DNA of 64,000 nt from Vulcanimicrobiota bacterium (GTDB taxonomy: Bacteria; Vulcanimicrobiota; Vulcanimicrobiia; Vulcanimicrobiales; Vulcanimicrobiaceae), in contig CAVWYN010000003.1 in the NCBI GenBank assembly GCA_963759245.1, positions 896,672-960,671 of the forward strand. Direction: 5' to 3'. The notes under the pieces were generated by a model. It did no database searches. It worked only from the letters and a program-made list of their open reading frames with translations, and had not been told where the DNA came from. The position numbers were made by a program, and so were the translations under genes. Of this stretch, positions 53,725 through 62,465 are shown in pieces; position 1 is the stretch's first letter, and every line of letters starts with the position of its first letter.

Positions 53725-54445
53725 ATGTACGATATCGAGAATCAAGAGCTCGGGACGGCCGAGCCGCCGCACGAAGAAGCGATCATCGACGACACCCAAA
53801 TGGGCGACGTCGCCGGCGCGACCGAAGCGCCGCTCGCCGAGGAGGCGCCTCAATTCAGAGGCCGAGCCCGGCGCTGAGCTGGAGGCCGAGGCCGCTCCGG
53901 CCAAGCCGAAGGACAACCGGAACTGGTTCGTCGTGCACACGTACTCCGGGTACGAAAACAAGGTCAAGGCGAATCTCGAGCGCCGCATCCATTCGATGGG
54001 CATGCAGGACAAGATCTTCCGCGTGCTCGTTCCCATGGAAGACGAAGTCGAGTTCAAGGACGGCAAGCGCAAGATCACGCCCAAGAAAGTCTTCCCGGGC
54101 TACGTGCTCGTCGAGATGATCATGGACGATCAGTCCTGGTACGTCGTGCGCAACACGCAGGGCGTGACGGGATTCGTGGGAAGTCCGGGGCCGGGCGAGA
54201 AACCTGTCCCGCTGCAAGACAAAGAGGTCAAGACGATCCTCAAGCAGATGGGCATCGAGGCGCCGAAGCTCAAGATCGACTTCAAGAAGGGCGACCGCGT
54301 CAAGGTGACGTCGGGACCGTTCTTCGACTTCACCGGCGTCGTCGACGAGATCGCGCCGGAGAAGGAGCGCCTGCGCGCGCTCATCTCGATCTTCGGGCGC
54401 GAGACCCCGGTCGAGTTGGAGTTTTTCCAGGTAGAAAAAGTCTAG
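53725..54445 (+). CDS. nusG: transcription termination/antitermination factor NusG, with an apparent +1 frameshift near 53857
   Basis: NGN ([15 protein letters not shown]) and KOW ([20 protein letters not shown]) motifs. No canonical start (ATG/GTG/TTG) precedes the NGN strand in the main frame. The acidic N-terminal extension starting at ATG 53725 is in the -1 frame and stops at 53875. Confidence 0.8.
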
Positions 54446-54460
54446 TCAACGTAAAACTTC

Positions 54461-54545
54461 GTGTCATCCTTCGACTCCGCTCAGGATGACACACGCGCTT
54501 GTCCTTCGACTGCGGCGCTCCGCGCCTTCGCTCAGGATGACAAGC
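54461..54545 (+). repeat. two-hairpin REP/BIME-like composite between nusG and rplK
   Basis: gtgtcatcc-TTCGACTCCGCTCA-ggatgacac (9-bp stem), then cttgtcc-TTCGACTGCGGCGCTCCGCGCCTTCGCTCA-ggatgacaag. Confidence 0.85.
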
Positions 54546-54599
54546 AGACACTCGAGTGGAGGAGAAGCGACGAAGATCGCTTCGACAAAGGAGACATTC

Positions 54600-55025
54600 G
54601 TGGCCAAAAGAGTTGTAGGCAAGATCGGCCTACAGATTCCGGCAGGCAAGGCAACGCCCGCGCCGCCGATCGGTCCGGCACTCGGACCCTACTCGCTCAA
54701 CATCATGGATTTCTGCAAGCAGTACAACGAGCGTACTGCGTCGCAGGCGGGCATGATCATTCCGGTCGAGATCACGGTTTTCGAAGACCGGACGTTTACG
54801 TTTATCACGAAGACGCCGCCCGCGTCGTTCTTGATCAAGCAGGCGCTGAACCTCGAGTCGGGCAGCAAGGAGCCGAATCGCAATAAGGTCGGCAAACTGA
54901 CGAACAAACAGCTCGAAGAGATCGCCAAGGTCAAGATGCCGGACATCAACGCGAACGACATCGAGGCGGCGAAGAAGATCGTCGCGGGGACGGCGCGCTC
55001 GATGGGAGTCGAGGTGGAGGCGTAA
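54600..55025 (+). CDS. rplK: 50S ribosomal protein L11
   Basis: GTG 54600 with AAGGAG upstream. [39 protein letters not shown]. Confidence 0.95.
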   Translation: MAKRVVGKIGLQIPAGKATPAPPIGPALGPYSLNIMDFCKQYNERTASQAGMIIPVEITVFEDRTFTFITKTPPASFLIKQALNLESGSKEPNRNKVGKLTNKQLEEIAKVKMPDINANDIEAAKKIVAGTARSMGVEVEA

Positions 55026-55026
55026 G

Positions 55027-55728
55027 ATGCCGCAACATCATGGAAAACGATTCAAAGCGCTGGTCGCCGGCTTCGATTCGAAGCGGCTCTTCTCGACGCC
55101 TGAAGCGATCGCTATCGTGAAGCGCAACGCCAATGCGAAGTTCAACGAGACGGTCGAGGCGCACATTCGGCTCGGCGTCGATCCGAAGAAGAGCGATCAA
55201 AACGTGCGCGGCACGGTGCTCTTGCCGCACGGCACCGGACGCACGGTGCGAGTGATCGCTTTCGCCAAGGGCGATAATGCGAAGGCCGCGCAAGAAGCCG
55301 GCGCCGACATCGTCGGCGATCAGGATCTGATCGACCGCGTCAAGGCAGGGTTCATGGAGTTCGACGTGGCCGTGGCGACGCCGGATATGATGGCGCAGGT
55401 CGGCAAAGAGCTCGGGCGCATCCTCGCGCAGAAGATGCCGAACCCCAAGGCCGGCACGGTCACGCCGAACATCGGCAGCGCGATTCGAGACATCAAGGCC
55501 GGTAAGGTGGAGTTCCGCCCCGACAAGACCGGCATCATTCACACGATCGTCGGCAAGGCCGGCTTCGAAGAGCAGCACCTGCTCGAGAACATCACGACCC
55601 TGCTCGACGCGATCGTTCGCGCGAAGCCCGCGGCCGCGAAAGGCACGTACCTGCACAGCGTGACGCTCGCGAGCACGATGGGGCCGGGCGTTAAAGTCGA
55701 TCCGAATCGGGTGAAGGCGACGGCGTAG
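55027..55728 (+). CDS. rplA: 50S ribosomal protein L1
   Basis: [33 protein letters not shown]... 233 aa, 1 nt after rplK. Confidence 0.95.
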   Translation: MPQHHGKRFKALVAGFDSKRLFSTPEAIAIVKRNANAKFNETVEAHIRLGVDPKKSDQNVRGTVLLPHGTGRTVRVIAFAKGDNAKAAQEAGADIVGDQDLIDRVKAGFMEFDVAVATPDMMAQVGKELGRILAQKMPNPKAGTVTPNIGSAIRDIKAGKVEFRPDKTGIIHTIVGKAGFEEQHLLENITTLLDAIVRAKPAAAKGTYLHSVTLASTMGPGVKVDPNRVKATA

Positions 55729-55762
55729 TCTGGGTCGCGTCCCGACGATCGAGACCCCGCGG

Positions 55763-56281
55763 TTGAGATTGCGCAACTGGCGGGATGCTGACGTAGAGTC
55801 GTGGGTTGCTATGAACGCCGATCCGCGCGTCACGGAGTTTCTCGGGAGAAGTTATACGCGCGCGCTTTCCGAGTCGCAAGCTTTTGCGATGCGGCGGCAG
55901 TTAGAGCTTCTTGGTTACGGATGGTGGGTCGTTGAAGTCCGCGGCGGAGCGCCGTTCGCCGGAGTCGTCGCCCTGCAAGACGTCCCGTTCGAGGCGCCGT
56001 TCACGCCCGCTCGAGAGGTCGGCTGGCGCTTCGCCTACGACCACTGGGGACACGGATACGCGACGGAAGGAGCGCGCGCTGCGCTTGATTTTGCGTTCGA
56101 ACGGCTGGGATGGCACGAGGTCGTCGCCTTCACCGCAGCGCTGAACCTTCGCTCGCAAAAGGTGATGGAGCGATTGGGGATGACCCACGATCCAAGCGAT
56201 GATTTCGACCATCCGCGAATCCCGGAGGGTGATCCGCTGCGCCGCCACCTGTTATATCGCGCTCGCCCGGTGGGGGTGTGA
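55763..56281 (+). CDS. GNAT-family N-acetyltransferase (RimJ/RimL-like)
   Basis: (IETP)RLRLRNWRDADVESWVAMNADPRVTEFLG N-terminal signature and a WGHGYATEGARAALDFAF acetyl-CoA motif. Similarity seems to extend ~6 codons upstream of the TTG start, with no canonical start there. Confidence 0.7.
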   Translation: MRLRNWRDADVESWVAMNADPRVTEFLGRSYTRALSESQAFAMRRQLELLGYGWWVVEVRGGAPFAGVVALQDVPFEAPFTPAREVGWRFAYDHWGHGYATEGARAALDFAFERLGWHEVVAFTAALNLRSQKVMERLGMTHDPSDDFDHPRIPEGDPLRRHLLYRARPVGV

Positions 56282-56855
56282 GTTGCGCGTCGGGCGCGAT
56301 GACGTGCTTCGGCAGCGGTTGCGGAGTTTCGCTCGTGGGCTCGGCGCAGACGAGTTTTTGAGTGCGATCCGTTGAGGCTTGCAGCACGTCGCCCCTAGCG
56401 ACCACAGCGTCGTGCGCGTGGACGCCGAAGCTCAAGAACCCCGACCGGACACCTCCGACGAACTTCTTTTCGAACGCGACGTAAATCGTGTCGCCGCAAA
56501 AGTTGACGATGTCGTCGAGATAGAAGTCTACCTCTTCCGAAGTTTCATTCTCGAATTGGCGCTTCGTTTGATTGGTCTGCGTGTCGTAGTGCCCTTCGGC
56601 TAGATCCCCGGATTTCGCGATGACGTAGCCGTTGACGATAACGTCTTGGTCGACTGCGAATTTGACCTTGTGCTCTGCCTGCGACGAACCGTACGCTCCG
56701 ACGCGCACTTCCTTCGTGACAAGGATCGGCACGACAACGCCGCGCTCGATCGTGATCGACGCTTCGGTCGCTTGCGGCTGCGGCGACGGCGTCGGGTCGG
56801 AGCCGAGAAGACAAAGCAGACCAGCTACCAAGAGCAGCGTTGAGCGTTTTGTCAT
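56130..56855 (-). CDS. lipoprotein-like secreted protein, function unknown
   Basis: ATG 56855 gives MTKRSTLLLVAGLLCLLGS. The last ~50 codons overlap the convergent GNAT gene and are Pro/Gly/Arg-rich, so the true 3' end is doubtful. Confidence 0.4.
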   Translation of the reverse strand: MTKRSTLLLVAGLLCLLGSDPTPSPQPQATEASITIERGVVVPILVTKEVRVGAYGSSQAEHKVKFAVDQDVIVNGYVIAKSGDLAEGHYDTQTNQTKRQFENETSEEVDFYLDDIVNFCGDTIYVAFEKKFVGGVRSGFLSFGVHAHDAVVARGDVLQASTDRTQKLVCAEPTSETPQPLPKHVIAPDAQLTPPPGERDITGGGAADHPPGFADGRNHRLDRGSSPIAPSPFASEGSALR

Positions 56856-56882
56856 GTAATAATTCTGCGCCGTCCTCACCTG

Positions 56883-56968
56883 GTCACCCTTCGACTCGCT
56901 ACGCTCGCTCAGGGCGACATCGCATGGGTCCTTCGACTCCGGCGCTGCGCGCCTCCGCTCAGGATGAC
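56883..56968 (+). repeat. two-hairpin REP/BIME-like composite overlapping a gene 3' end
   Basis: gtcaccc-TTCGACTCGCTACGCTCGCTCA-gggcgac, then gggtcc-TTCGACTCCGGCGCTGCGCGCCTCCGCTCA-ggatgac. The ggatgac arm encodes the final Ser-Ser-stop of 56959-58830. Confidence 0.85.
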
Positions 56969-58830
56969 ATTAGTTCGTGGATTTGAGCTTCGAGTTGGGT
57001 AATGCGGGCGTGCGCTTTGTCGGCGTCGATGTGGTCGTACGCCGCGCCGGCGTTGCGCGCGATCGCTTCGAGCAGGCTGCGCTCGTCGGCGGTCAGCGGA
57101 ACGCCGCTGCTGCGCGCGCCGTAGAGCACGAAGCCGAAGACGGAACCGCGCATGACCAACGGCACGACGAGCGACGGCGCTTTCGCGCCGCCGGGTAGAA
57201 TCGTTTCGGCGCGCGGGCGGCCGTCGAGGACGACCGGCGACAGCTGCGCGCGCAGCTCCACGATCAGCGGATCTTCCGGGTCGATCGTCTCGGCTTCGCG
57301 ATTGTTCCAGCCGCGAGCGGCGATCCGCTCGAACTCGCCGTTGGGCCCGCGAGCGAGAAACAGAGCGGCCGACGTCAGGCCGAGCACCCGAACGGGTTCC
57401 TCGACGAGAAACTCGATTAGCGTTTTCTCCGACGACGTATTCGCAAGCGCACGCGCTGCGGCGCGGAGCGCCTCTTCGGCTCGGCGCTGGTCACGGAAGA
57501 GGAACGTGTTCAAGAAATCTTCGACGCGTCCGTGGAGCGCGTTGAGGGAGAAGCCGATGAACAAGGCTGCGAAGAGGCTGAGGTAGATCGCTGGTCGCGT
57601 GCTCTCAAAGACTTGTTCGGCCCACCACTCGAGAATGCCGAAGAACAGCAACAGCACGGCCGTGATTGTCCCGTAGACCGCGGCGCGTCCGATGACGAAA
57701 CGAAAGTCGATGACGCGTTCGGAAAGAAATCCGTATACGACGAAGATCGAGCCGACGAGCCCGAACCAGGGGCCGAGTGCGTCGGTCCAATGCTGGACGT
57801 TGAGCAGCGTGACCGAGGTGTTGCCGAACAGGTTGCTGAGCGAGTTGGTGAGGGCCCACGTGAGGTCGAGGATCGGCGCGAGCGCGATGCCGGCGATCAC
57901 CCAGGTGACGCGGGCGCGGTCGATCAGCGTTGCGCCCGAAGCGATGTACGCCAGGCCGCCGAGCACGACGATGAGCAGCAGCGAATCGGTCAGGCTCATG
58001 AAGAGGTAGGCCGGTCCCGGGAAGCCGTAGCGCTGAAAGACCGTCCAGACGATCGGATCGAGCCACACGACGAAGTCGATCAGCGAGAGGAAGATCGCGG
58101 CGCCGAAGAACCACGGCCACGCTCGGCTCGGTCGTCCGTAAAGGCGTTGCGCAAAGATCAAGATCATAAGCTGTGCTAGGGGATAGACGACTTGCATGAA
58201 CAGATCGACGTCGAAGTTGATCGGCCAGGTCGCCAAATCGAGCGCGGTCTTGTTGACCTTGATCAGCATCAGCATCGTGTAGATATAGAATGCCAGCGTG
58301 ATCGGCCGCGGCCGCACCAAGAATAGCGCGCTGGCGAGCGCCAGGGAGAGAAAGAAGGCGAGCGGAACGCCGACGTCGCGCGTGAGCACGGCCCGAGGCG
58401 AGCGATCGATGGCGCCGGCGGTGAGCCGCACCGGGAACGTGCGGTTGTCGCGCGTGACCTGGACGACGAGGTGGGATTCCGATGGTGCGCCGCCGATGAG
58501 CGAGAAACGCTGCGCGGGCGTAAGGATTCCCAGGTTGATCCGGTCGCCCGTTTGCAGGCCGGAGGTCCTCGACGTTCCCGGCTCGACCTGGATGACGTCG
58601 GAGTTGCGTTGGAAGACGAATGCGTAGTAACCGATGTGCGTCGCGTTGTTTTCCACAATGACGAAGACCAGCACCATGAAGACGGTGCCGATCGCCACCA
58701 CGGCCAGCGAGAGGCGCTCGCAGACGAACGAGACGAGGGACTTCACTAGTCCGCTACGAGAACGTGACGAGTCCCGTACGAACGCTGTAGATTCCACCGA
58801 TAACCTGCGCGTCGCCACGAGCGACTGCAT
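56959..58830 (-). CDS. membrane sensor-like protein: PDZ-like + polytopic TM + C-terminal GAF-like domain (paralog of 34908-36950)
   Basis: PDZ-like SGLQTGDRINLG, about 9 TM helices and a GAF-like C-terminus. The start may be the GTG at 58746 rather than 58830, which overlaps the upstream gene by 77 nt. Confidence 0.6.
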   Translation of the reverse strand: MQSLVATRRLSVESTAFVRDSSRSRSGLVKSLVSFVCERLSLAVVAIGTVFMVLVFVIVENNATHIGYYAFVFQRNSDVIQVEPGTSRTSGLQTGDRINLGILTPAQRFSLIGGAPSESHLVVQVTRDNRTFPVRLTAGAIDRSPRAVLTRDVGVPLAFFLSLALASALFLVRPRPITLAFYIYTMLMLIKVNKTALDLATWPINFDVDLFMQVVYPLAQLMILIFAQRLYGRPSRAWPWFFGAAIFLSLIDFVVWLDPIVWTVFQRYGFPGPAYLFMSLTDSLLLIVVLGGLAYIASGATLIDRARVTWVIAGIALAPILDLTWALTNSLSNLFGNTSVTLLNVQHWTDALGPWFGLVGSIFVVYGFLSERVIDFRFVIGRAAVYGTITAVLLLFFGILEWWAEQVFESTRPAIYLSLFAALFIGFSLNALHGRVEDFLNTFLFRDQRRAEEALRAAARALANTSSEKTLIEFLVEEPVRVLGLTSAALFLARGPNGEFERIAARGWNNREAETIDPEDPLIVELRAQLSPVVLDGRPRAETILPGGAKAPSLVVPLVMRGSVFGFVLYGARSSGVPLTADERSLLEAIARNAGAAYDHIDADKAHARITQLEAQIHELMSS

Positions 58831-59344
58831 CGGAGACGATCTGCGACCCGTCGGTCATGGCCTTCACACTGAGTTCGACGTTGCGCGCGATGGCATTTTC
58901 ATGCCAGTCGCCCGCCGCGTCACGCGTGGCCGTGACCGCGGGCGCGATGGCGTTGACGAGCTCTTGGATGTGCCCCGGCTGCGTTTTGCCGTCCTGGACG
59001 TACTTGAGCGCGGCGCCGACGGCCCCGCAGTTCTCGTGACCGAGCACGACCACGAGCCTCGATTTGAGCGCATCGATCGCAAATTCGATCGAGCCGAGTC
59101 CGTCGCGGTTCAAGAAATTTCCGGCGACGCGCACGACGAACAGGCTTCCCGGAGCTTGGTCGAAGACGATCTCGACCGGAACGCGCGAGTCGGAACATCC
59201 GAGCACGACTGCAAACGGGCGTTGGCCGTTAGCCAGCGCGGCCACGCGAGCGCCGAATGGTTCGGAGCGCGGCGTCCCCGCGACGAAGCGAGCGTTGCCG
59301 GCTTGGAGCAACTCGAGCGCGCCGGCCGGCGACAGGTCGGCCAT
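58754..59344 (-). CDS. beta-class carbonic anhydrase
   Basis: CSDSRV and HENCGA zinc-ligand motifs. Start trimmed to MADLSPAG (ATG 59344). Confidence 0.85.
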   Translation of the reverse strand: MADLSPAGALELLQAGNARFVAGTPRSEPFGARVAALANGQRPFAVVLGCSDSRVPVEIVFDQAPGSLFVVRVAGNFLNRDGLGSIEFAIDALKSRLVVVLGHENCGAVGAALKYVQDGKTQPGHIQELVNAIAPAVTATRDAAGDWHENAIARNVELSVKAMTDGSQIVSDAVARGDAQVIGGIYSVRTGLVTFS

Positions 59345-59569
59345 GCGCACGGTTTCTTGGCAAAAGCCTTGCCTTCCCCGCCGGTCCTGTGATAGTCTAA
59401 CCGACGGCTCCAAAGACCGTAGCCGGCCGCAAGGCCTTAATGAATGGCTACCGAGGACGCGCAAACGAGAAGGCCTAGCGGCGCTGCGGCGTTGCAGGCT
59501 TCCCACGAGGCGCCCTCGCGAGGGGCGCTTTTTGAATTCGCACATCGCTTCGGATTGAAAGCAAAACCT
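59345..59569 (+). promoter_or_regulatory. rplJ 5' leader with terminator/attenuator hairpin (L10-leader-like)
   Basis: A 225-nt GC-rich untranslated region ending in the gcgccc-tcgcga-ggggcgc hairpin plus TTTTT (59509-59533), 37 nt before the rplJ ATG. Confidence 0.55.
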
Positions 59570-60101
59570 ATGCCGACCGCTCGAAAAGAAGCCACAGTCG
59601 AAGAGCTCACTAAACGGCTTGCCGCTTCGACAGAATTTGTTCTTTACGGATTACGCGGGCTTGAGCGTGAGCGATATCAGCAAGCTTCGCGGCGAGCTGC
59701 GTAAGGCCGGCGACACCTATGCGGTCGTGAAGAACACGCTTTTCAAGATCGCGGCCGGCGACCTCGCCGCGCAGGTCGAAGAGTTTCTTGCCGGGCCTAC
59801 CGGCATCGTTTTTGCCGGCTCCGATCCGGTCGCGCCGGCGAAGGCGCTCAAGACGTTCAGCGACACGGTCAAGAAAGTTGCGATCAAGGCGGCGTATATC
59901 GACGGAAAAGTCGTGAATGCGGCGCAGGTCGATACGCTTGCGAAGATTCCGCCGAAGCCGCAGTTGATCGCGGCGCTCGTCGGGACGCTTGCCGGTCCGC
60001 TTCGCGGGCTCGTCACCGTGCTCTCAGGAAATCAGCGTGGCCTCGTGCGCGTGCTCGACGGCATTCGCGAACAGAAAGCTAACGCAGCACCTACCGCTTA
60101 A
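59570..60101 (+). CDS. rplJ: 50S ribosomal protein L10, with an apparent +1 frameshift at ~59630
   Basis: ATG 59570 encodes [20 protein letters not shown] (L10 helix 1). The rest ([34 protein letters not shown]) is in the +1 frame. Skipping A59630 joins them into a canonical L10. Confidence 0.85.
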
Positions 60102-60118
60102 AGGAAACGAACAACATC

Positions 60119-60487
60119 ATGGCAGTTGCCGAACTCATCGATCAAATCGACAAACTCACCGTCCTCGAACTCGCCGACCTCGTAAAGCAACTCGAGGAGA
60201 AATATGGCGTCTCCGCGGCTGCGCCGGTCGCGATGATGGCTGCAGTGCCCGGTGCGGCTGCGCCGGAGGCCGAGAAGACCGAATTCGACGTCATCCTCTC
60301 GGAAATAGGTCCGGAGAAGATCAAGGTCATCAAGGCGGTGCGCGAGCTCACGAGCCTCGGCTTGACGGAGGCGAAAGCGTTCGTCGAGAGCGCGCCCAAG
60401 GCGGTCAAGGAAGGCGTCACCAAAGACGAGGCCGAGCAGGTCAAGAAGAAGCTCGAGGACGCCGGCGCGAAGGTCGAGATCAAGTAG
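60119..60487 (+). CDS. rplL: 50S ribosomal protein L7/L12
   Basis: N-terminal dimerisation helix, an Ala/Pro hinge, and C-terminal [24 protein letters not shown]...[12 protein letters not shown]. Confidence 0.95.
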   Translation: MAVAELIDQIDKLTVLELADLVKQLEEKYGVSAAAPVAMMAAVPGAAAPEAEKTEFDVILSEIGPEKIKVIKAVRELTSLGLTEAKAFVESAPKAVKEGVTKDEAEQVKKKLEDAGAKVEIK

Positions 60488-60511
60488 CGCTCTCCGCTTT
60501 TTAGATAGTTC

Positions 60512-61012
60512 GTGCAAGCGAACTCCGGCGTGCCTGCGGGATGGCTGCAGCTCTTACCGCTCCTCATCGTCGTAGTCATTCTGGCGATTCGGCTGATTCG
60601 TCCCCAGCGGATCAGCGTGACGCGGATGTGGATCACGCCGATCGTGTTGTGCGTTCTAACGGGCTGGGCGATCTACGGGAATCAGATGCTCAACCCGGCC
60701 CCGCCGCTCGAGATCACGCTGGGCCTGATCGTGGGCGCCCTAGTGGGCACGCCGTTCGGAATTCTGCGCGGGATGCACACCGACGTGCGTCCCACCGACC
60801 GGCGGGGCGTGATGTCCCTCGGCTCATCTTGGATGACGCTCGTGATTTTCGCGGGCGCGTTCGCGTTGCGCTACGGCGTCCGCACGCTGATGCCGCTGCA
60901 CGGAAGCCTCGCCGCCACGATCGGCGATGCGCTGCTCGCCTTCGCGATCGCGTTTCTCGCGGCGAGCTACATCGTTATCTTTAGAAAGTACGAAGAGCTA
61001 GTCAAGGCGTAG
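60512..61012 (+). CDS. membrane protein (DUF1453/CcdC-like, tentative)
   Basis: 4-5 TM helices with a short basic loop pattern. The family call is from memory only. Confidence 0.4.
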   Translation: MQANSGVPAGWLQLLPLLIVVVILAIRLIRPQRISVTRMWITPIVLCVLTGWAIYGNQMLNPAPPLEITLGLIVGALVGTPFGILRGMHTDVRPTDRRGVMSLGSSWMTLVIFAGAFALRYGVRTLMPLHGSLAATIGDALLAFAIAFLAASYIVIFRKYEELVKA

Positions 61013-61907
61013 GCTTACCGTAGAGAAATTCGATCGCAGCCGGAAACCGGGCGCCAAACGCGCCCGGTTCGTGTTTTGCGCACGTCACGACATCTAGGAG
61101 CACCTTCGAACGACCGCGGGAAGCGCTGAGGATGGCTGCTCGCAGCCGCAGGACGTCTTGCAGTTCCTCTCCGGCGGGGTGAGTCAACGTGCAGCTCGCT
61201 GCGCCGTCTTCGTTCGTACCGATGCCGATGGAGATGCGCGGTGGGACGATCGGCATAGATTGGACCACGCGAATGAGGTGATAGTTATCGGGATATACGG
61301 AGGGACTCTCGATGAGGAGCCGCCCGAACCGCCCAGGTTCGCGCGCTGCCGTGTAAATCGCGATCAGGGCGCCGTACGAGGCGCCACCTATTCCCGTATA
61401 CCGAGGAGCGGTTAACGTCCTGAAGTGCGATTGGACGTACGGCATTACCTCATGAACCACGAACGAGGGGTAGTTCTTGCCGTGCGGCTGCGGTAACGCT
61501 GGGCGAAGCGTGGTGTCGGGCCAAGGCAGATATTCATTTGGGCGTTTGCGGTGACCGGCATTGTCGATTCCGACGATGATCATCGGCGCGATCGCGCGGT
61601 CGGCGTAGAGGCGTTCCATCCGGTCAAGCAGCGACCATGAGCCGTTGTGGAAGGTTGACGTTCGTGGATCGAAGAGGTCCTGGCCATCGTTGAGGTAGAG
61701 CACGGGACAACGTCGCAGGCGCTGGTCGGTCGAATCGTAGCCCGGCGGCAGAAGTATGCGAAGTAGGCGGTCGTTATCAAAGATCGTGCTGTGAAAGTAA
61801 ACCAGCTGCAGCGAAGTGGAAGGAGTGGGCTGCGCGGCGAGCAGCGTCATCGTTGCGAATAAACACACTAGCCGTCTTCCTAATCGCTCATTCATTGGGC
61901 GCGGCAT
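61002..61907 (-). CDS. alpha/beta-hydrolase esterase (putative-esterase / siderophore-esterase-like family)
   Basis: Signal peptide, PVLYLNDGQDLF, IVGIDN and IGGASYGA (GxSxG) motifs. Confidence 0.7.
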   Translation of the reverse strand: MPRPMNERLGRRLVCLFATMTLLAAQPTPSTSLQLVYFHSTIFDNDRLLRILLPPGYDSTDQRLRRCPVLYLNDGQDLFDPRTSTFHNGSWSLLDRMERLYADRAIAPMIIVGIDNAGHRKRPNEYLPWPDTTLRPALPQPHGKNYPSFVVHEVMPYVQSHFRTLTAPRYTGIGGASYGALIAIYTAAREPGRFGRLLIESPSVYPDNYHLIRVVQSMPIVPPRISIGIGTNEDGAASCTLTHPAGEELQDVLRLRAAILSASRGRSKVLLDVVTCAKHEPGAFGARFPAAIEFLYGKPTP

Positions 61908-61985
61908 AGCGCGCTTGAATAACGTTTTCCTTCAGCGCGAGCGATGCGGCAGCGCTTGAATTAAGTTGATAATACGGAGTCGTCG

Positions 61986-62456
61986 TTAGGTTTTAGTGCA
62001 GACCGTGTGCGAGCGCGCCGTCTTCCCGGGTCCGGTCGGGCTCGCGAAGTCGAACGTGTATTCCGCGGAGCTAATGACCTTGACGACGGCCTTTCCGTCA
62101 TCGGCGGGGTCGCCGTCGATCCACTGCGAGCCGTTGAAGTCGCGCGACGTGCTGTAGCGTGTGTAGTACGAGCCGTTGGCGGAGACGGAGACGATGCTCC
62201 AGCGCTTCGCAGCGGCGTCGAAGCCGACGAACGTTATGGCGGTTCCGGCAGGCTGGCCGTTTTGTGCCGGGTACGTCGCGTCCAGGCGCAGCCACGAGCC
62301 GTACGGTCTGTTGACGGTGAGTAGCCGCCACGTCTGGCCGCCGCTATCGCGCTGCCGGCACTCGTAGCGTCCCGTTAGGCGATGCATGTCTTGCTGCGGC
62401 GTCGTCGCCGTCAGACTCAGAACAATCGCTACGGCGATGAGACTCGAACGAAGCAC
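61986..62456 (-). CDS. secreted protein of unknown function
   Basis: Signal peptide MLRSSLIAVAIVLSLTA. 156 aa, beta-rich. Confidence 0.45.
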   Translation of the reverse strand: MLRSSLIAVAIVLSLTATTPQQDMHRLTGRYECRQRDSGGQTWRLLTVNRPYGSWLRLDATYPAQNGQPAGTAITFVGFDAAAKRWSIVSVSANGSYYTRYSTSRDFNGSQWIDGDPADDGKAVVKVISSAEYTFDFASPTGPGKTARSHTVCTKT

Positions 62457-62465
62457 GTTTCTCGG

